From assembly GCA_016190375.1 (NCBI GenBank), contig JACPQR010000213.1, positions 3,340 through 67,339 of the forward strand: 64,000 nucleotides of DNA, read 5' to 3'. Positions 59,645 to 64,000 of the stretch are shown in pieces. Origin of the DNA: Deltaproteobacteria bacterium. Lineage in GTDB: Bacteria; Myxococcota_A; Polyangia; JACPQR01. Below the pieces are notes generated by a model. The model made no database searches. It saw only the letters and a program-made list of their open reading frames with translations, and was not told where the DNA came from. The number at the start of each line of letters is the position of its first letter. Position 1 is the first letter of the stretch. The position numbers and the translations under genes are program-made.

Positions 59645-62227
59645 ATGGCAAGAACACTCCGACTCGAGTCGTACACACCGGAAGCGAAGAGCGCCGTGGC
59701 TTCGGCGCAGCAGCTCGCCGACGACCGCGATCATCCCGAGGTCGAGGCGATCCACCTGCTCCACAAGCTGGCGGAGCGCGACCTCGGGACCGCGGCGGCC
59801 CTGAAGAAGATGGCCGTGGCCCCGACCGACGTCGTCGCCGAGGCGGAGGTCGTGCTCCGCAAGCTGCCGGTGGTGCGAGGGTCGGTCGCGTTCCTGTCGC
59901 CGCGCCTGCAGGAGCTGCTCGGACGCGCGGAGGTGGAGGCGGCGCGTGACTCGGGTGGCAAGGTCCAGACGAGGCACCTTCTGCTCGCCATCGGCCAGGA
60001 GGCGCGCGGCCCGGCGGCCGACCTCCTCCGGTCCTTCGACCTGAACGTGCAGCAGATCCGCGAGGCCCTGGGTCAAGCGCCCGCAGGCTCTTCGGAGGCG
60101 GGCGGCTCGGTAGATCCGCTCGAGCGCTTCGGTCGCGACCTCACCCGGATGGCCGCGGACGGACGCTTCGACCCGATCGTCGGGCGGGACGCCGAGCTTC
60201 GACGGGTGATGCAGGTTCTTTCTCGTCGCTTCAAGAACAACCCGATCCTCATCGGCGGACCGGGCGTGGGGAAGACGGCCATCGTCGAGGCACTCGCTCA
60301 GAGGCTCGTCTCGGGCGACGTGCCGGCCGGGCTGAAGGGCAAGCGGCTGGTCTCCCTGGACCTCGGAGCAATCCTCGCGGGCGCGAAGCTCCGAGGGGAG
60401 CTCGAGGACAGGATCAAGTCCATGCTCACCGCGATCCGCGACTCGGGCGGTGAGGTCCTGCTCTTCATCGACGAGATCCACACGCTGGTCGGCGCCGGCG
60501 GCGGCTCGGGGTCCGTCGGGGCGGCGGACCTGCTCAAGCCCGCGCTCGCGAGGGGCGAGCTCCGGTGCATCGGAGTCACCACGCCCGACGAGCACCGGAG
60601 GTACTTCGAGAAGGACGCCGCGCTGGCGCGCCGATTCCAGCCCATAAACGTCGACGAGCCCAGCGTCACCGAGGCGATCCAGATCCTGCGGGGAGTCGTC
60701 GAGAAGTACGAGATCCATCACGGCATCAAGATCTCGGACCCGGCCGTGGTGGCCGCTGTCTCCCTCTCTTCGAGGTATCTGACCGATCGGCACCTGCCCG
60801 ACAAGGCGATCGACCTCATGGACGAGGCCGCCTCCAAGGTGCGGATCGAGATCGACAGCGTGCCGGAGGAAATCGACGCGCTGGAGCGACGAGTCCTCAT
60901 GATCCAGATGGAGCTTCGCTCGCTGGTCGACGAGGAAGACCGCGAGAGCAAGGCCACCGTCGCGCGCCTCGAGGCGGAGCTGGCCGACATCAAGCCCAAG
61001 GCCGAGGGCCGTCGCGCGGCATGGGAGAAGGAGCTCGGGGGCCTGGCGCTGGTGCAAGAGGCCCGGGCGGAGCTCGATGCCGCTCGGCGCGAGCAGCAAG
61101 TCGCCGAGCGCGAAGGCGACCTCGGCAGGGCCAGCGAGCTGAGGTTCGGTGTTCTGCCCGAGCTCGAAGAGCGAGTCGCCCGGCTCGGCGCCGAGGCGCA
61201 CGCGCCCGGGACCAAGCCGATCCTGCGAGAGAGCGTGAGCGAACAGGACGTCGCCAAGGTCGTCGAGGAGTGGACCGGCATTCCGGCGGCCAAGATGATG
61301 CAGCGGGAGGCCGAGAAGCTCCTGGCGATGGAGGACAAGCTCCGGGAGCGAGTGGTCGGCCAGGACGACGCTCTGAAGGCCGTCGGGAAGGCGGTTCGCC
61401 GCGGCCGGGTGGGCCTGCGCGATCCCGGCAAGCCCATCGGCTCGTTCCTCTTCCTGGGCCCGACGGGCGTGGGCAAGACCGAGCTGGCGAAGGCCCTCGC
61501 GGAGTTCATGTTCGACGACGAGGCGTCGCTCACGCGGCTCGACATGAGCGAGTTCATGGAGCGGCACATGGCCGCCCGCCTCGTCGGCGCGCCACCCGGC
61601 TACGTCGACAGCGACGAAGGTGGCTACCTCACGGAGGCGGTGCGACGCCGGCCCTACTCCGTCGTGCTCTTCGACGAGGTCGAGAAGGGACACAACGACG
61701 TCTTCAACCTGCTACTTCAGGTGCTCGACGACGGCCGGCTGACGGACGGACGAGGCCGGCTGGTCAACTTCTCGAACACGGTCATCATCATGACCTCGAA
61801 CATCGGCGGGCAGATGATCCTCGACTTCGAGGGCGACATGGAGGCCCTCCGGGAGAGGATGGACGGTGAGCTGCGCAAGCACTTCCGCCCGGAGTTCCTC
61901 AACCGGATCGACGATGTCATCGTCTTCAACCGCCTGCGCAAGGAAGACCTGCACGGCATCGTGAACATCCAGCTCGAGCGGCTGGGGCGGCTGCTCGCCG
62001 AGCGCGACCTCGGCCTCGACCTGACCGAAAAAGCGCGCAAGAGGCTCGTGGAGCGTGGCTACGATCCGGCCTTCGGCGCGCGTCCGCTCAAGCGCGTCCT
62101 CCTCAAGGAGGTGCAGGACCCGCTCGCCGAGGAGATCCTGCGCGGGGGATACGCGGCGGGCGACGTGGTCCGCATCGACGAAGGACCGGACGGCTTCCGC
62201 TTCGAGCGACGAATCCGCACCGGATGA
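59645..62227 (+). CDS. clpB: ATP-dependent chaperone ClpB (paralog 2)
   Basis: GGPGVGKT and GPTGVGKT Walker A motifs, M-domain coiled coil. 860 aa. Confidence 0.95.
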   Translation: MARTLRLESYTPEAKSAVASAQQLADDRDHPEVEAIHLLHKLAERDLGTAAALKKMAVAPTDVVAEAEVVLRKLPVVRGSVAFLSPRLQELLGRAEVEAARDSGGKVQTRHLLLAIGQEARGPAADLLRSFDLNVQQIREALGQAPAGSSEAGGSVDPLERFGRDLTRMAADGRFDPIVGRDAELRRVMQVLSRRFKNNPILIGGPGVGKTAIVEALAQRLVSGDVPAGLKGKRLVSLDLGAILAGAKLRGELEDRIKSMLTAIRDSGGEVLLFIDEIHTLVGAGGGSGSVGAADLLKPALARGELRCIGVTTPDEHRRYFEKDAALARRFQPINVDEPSVTEAIQILRGVVEKYEIHHGIKISDPAVVAAVSLSSRYLTDRHLPDKAIDLMDEAASKVRIEIDSVPEEIDALERRVLMIQMELRSLVDEEDRESKATVARLEAELADIKPKAEGRRAAWEKELGGLALVQEARAELDAARREQQVAEREGDLGRASELRFGVLPELEERVARLGAEAHAPGTKPILRESVSEQDVAKVVEEWTGIPAAKMMQREAEKLLAMEDKLRERVVGQDDALKAVGKAVRRGRVGLRDPGKPIGSFLFLGPTGVGKTELAKALAEFMFDDEASLTRLDMSEFMERHMAARLVGAPPGYVDSDEGGYLTEAVRRRPYSVVLFDEVEKGHNDVFNLLLQVLDDGRLTDGRGRLVNFSNTVIIMTSNIGGQMILDFEGDMEALRERMDGELRKHFRPEFLNRIDDVIVFNRLRKEDLHGIVNIQLERLGRLLAERDLGLDLTEKARKRLVERGYDPAFGARPLKRVLLKEVQDPLAEEILRGGYAAGDVVRIDEGPDGFRFERRIRTG

Positions 62228-62230
62228 GAT

Positions 62231-63325
62231 TCACTGACCCGTCTGGTAGCCCTGCATCGCGAAGGCGCCGTTGCCGGCGTACATGAGGACCCTGATGGTG
62301 TAGGTGCCGGGATAGCTCGGGCAGTGGTTGACGTCCGGCTCGGCGTCGGTCCGCTCGTCCCGCGAGACCTGGTTGCCCGCGGGTGCGACGAGGAAGATGT
62401 CGAGGTCCGAGACACCCGAACCGCCGAAGCCGGCGATCGTGTAGCAGCGCCCCGTCTCCAGGTTCGCGGTGAAGTTCTGGGTCATCCTCGTCGAGAGCGT
62501 TCCCGAGCCGGCGATTGCAGGCGCCGGGCGGTAGCCCTTGGCGAGCCGGCGAGCCGTGAAGAGGTCCATCCGCCGCCGGACGACGGGGTCGATGCCCGCC
62601 AGGCCCGACGCCTGCACCGCCGCACCCGCGGAGCGGTAGACCTGGTAGGTATAGGGTCCGGCTCCCGAGTACATGTGGAAGCGCACCCTGTACTGTCCCG
62701 TCTCCGTCGCGCAGGACCGCACGATCGGGCGCGAGTCCGTGGCGAAGTCACGGACGAGCTGCCGGCCGGCCGGGTTGTACAGGTAGGCGTCGAGGTCCCG
62801 CACCCCGGCCCCGCCGAAGCCGGCGATCGTGTAGCAGTCACCTCCGTTGAGCGTGATCTGGAAGTTGTCGGACTGGCTCGGTCCCAGTGTGTCGGCACCC
62901 GGATCGCCGTGGGGCATGTACCCGGTAGCGATCATCTGCACGGTGTACTCCCGCATCCGTTCGGCGGCGCGGGGGTCGGCACCGGGCGGAGGCGGCGGTA
63001 TCTGCGGCACGCCCTGCGAGACCTGCCCGGGAACCACCGCCACCGGGCTCGTCGGGACCAGCGAGGTGGCTGGCCCGCCGACCTGACCGGGGACGAGAGC
63101 CGTCTGCGGCGTGGTAGGCATGATGGCGACCGGCTGCTGAGGTACGATCGGCGCGACTGGCAGCACCGGGGCGACCGGCATCCCTGGAACGGGTTGCGCG
63201 AGCGGCTGACCGGGGAACGGCATGGCCGGCTGACCGGGAACCGGCTGCACCGGGATTGGCTGCGGCGCGTTCTGCCCACAACCGAGCAGTATGACGAGGA
63301 CGAGAGAGCCCGAAGAACGAAGCAT
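62231..63325 (-). CDS. lipoprotein with Pro-rich linker and two tandem ~100-aa Cys-containing repeat domains
   Basis: Lipobox ILLGCG. P/Q/V-rich 130-aa linker. Repeats DCYTIAGFGGAGVRDLDAYLYNPAG..YRVRFHMYSGAGPY and RCYTIAGFGGSGVSDLDIFLVAPAG..YTIRVLMYAGNGAF. RBS GGAGGGG 5 nt upstream. Confidence 0.65.
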   Translation of the reverse strand: MLRSSGSLVLVILLGCGQNAPQPIPVQPVPGQPAMPFPGQPLAQPVPGMPVAPVLPVAPIVPQQPVAIMPTTPQTALVPGQVGGPATSLVPTSPVAVVPGQVSQGVPQIPPPPPGADPRAAERMREYTVQMIATGYMPHGDPGADTLGPSQSDNFQITLNGGDCYTIAGFGGAGVRDLDAYLYNPAGRQLVRDFATDSRPIVRSCATETGQYRVRFHMYSGAGPYTYQVYRSAGAAVQASGLAGIDPVVRRRMDLFTARRLAKGYRPAPAIAGSGTLSTRMTQNFTANLETGRCYTIAGFGGSGVSDLDIFLVAPAGNQVSRDERTDAEPDVNHCPSYPGTYTIRVLMYAGNGAFAMQGYQTGQ

Positions 63326-63379
63326 GACCCCTCCTGGATGGGCGTCGAGTGGCGGCTCGGCTCGCGGCCGGGCCCGACC

Positions 63380-63385
63380 ATTATA
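63380..63385 (-). promoter_or_regulatory. consensus -10 hexamer TATAAT (minus strand) ~50 nt upstream of the 63325 start; with GGAGG RBS at 63329-63334
   Basis: Minus-strand read ccgaccgTATAATggtcgggcccggccgcgagccgagccgccactcgacgcccatccaGGAGGggtcATG. Confidence 0.4.
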
Positions 63386-63738
63386 CGGTCGGCCGCACCG
63401 GTTTTTTCACGATGATTCGAATGACTACCGGCGACGCGGGATGGGAACGCGGACGGGAGCCGCCTCGGGCTCGGCAGAAGGGACGAGAACGTCCTGCAGC
63501 CGCTCGATCGCCTCCTCGATCTTGCGGCGAATCCTGTCGAGGAGGCTGTCTTGCCTGGAGGGTTTGCTCAATGCCGGCTCGACCCCGTCGCGTTACTTTA
63601 TGGGAGCCGCCCCGGGCTGTCAATCGGGGGCCCACAACGAGCAAAGCACGTCGGGGGTCCCTTGATGATGGAGATGATAGAGTACGGGAAGTGGAAGGAC
63701 AGCACTCGAGCGGCGCCCACCTCGGTCTACAAGCCGAG

Positions 63739-64000
63739 ATGGAAACCCTCATCAGGAATTCGCACCTGTTCAAGTCGCTCGACGACGAGGGCCGGATGCG
63801 GGCTCTGTTGGAGAGCTCGCTCGCGCGATTCGCCGCCGGAGCGGTGATCCTTCGCGAAGGAGAGCCTGGCGACGACTTCTACCTCATCGCCGACGGAACG
63901 GTGCGCGTCGAGACGCGCCGCGGCGAGGGCACCGACGACAGCGTCGAGCTCGCGACTCTGGGGCGCGGCGCCTTCTTCGGGGAGGTCGCCGTGCTCACGG
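63739..64000 (+). CDS. cyclic-nucleotide-binding domain protein (3'-partial at window end)
   Basis: METLIRNSHLFKSLDDEGRMRALLESSLARFAAGAVILREGEPGDDFYLIADGTVRVE..LGRGAFFGEVAVL has canonical cNMP-binding motifs. Confidence 0.7.
   Translation, partial: METLIRNSHLFKSLDDEGRMRALLESSLARFAAGAVILREGEPGDDFYLIADGTVRVETRRGEGTDDSVELATLGRGAFFGEVAVLT

Overview
High-GC (about 70%) chromosomal segment, densely coded on both strands. Many junctions are 4-nt ATGA/GTGA start-stop overlaps, and many long antisense ORFs are spurious (R/A/G/P-rich). Content points to Myxococcota: a MYXO-CTERM sorting tail on an M10 protease, PEGA-domain Ser/Thr kinases, an FHA-sigma54 activator, a Kazal lipoprotein and many lipobox proteins. 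Recognisable genes: CBS protein (partial), orphan SPPY amino-methyltransferase, a solitary FecE-type ABC ATPase, TPR proteins, a polysaccharide deacetylase, a ketosynthase/chain-length-factor-like pair, an ArsR-methyltransferase-Old Yellow Enzyme operon, DedA, PAP2, tlyA, moaC, trxB, a cNMP-binding protein translationally coupled to a radical SAM/SPASM enzyme, an MBL-fold hydrolase, a PilZ protein, an SDR, two clpB paralogs, three Ser/Thr kinases, an amine oxidase, murB, a complete moxR-DUF58-batABCDE aerotolerance operon, a permuted aconitase-family protein, DUF1844 and HtrA. Non-genic structure: a 167-bp element with perfect 21-bp terminal inverted repeats at a convergent gene junction; a 105-bp perfect direct repeat duplicating the batB 3' end; a CAG-type coding microsatellite (polyQ/E) in batC; an acidic (GTCGCC)n-type coding repeat; promoter-region palindromes. 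No rRNA, tRNA, CRISPR or transposase genes were seen. The best candidate for an undescribed system is the trxB / cNMP-binding / radical SAM-SPASM / MBL-hydrolase / PilZ block (19.7-23.8 kb). All functional calls are motif-based reading without database searches.
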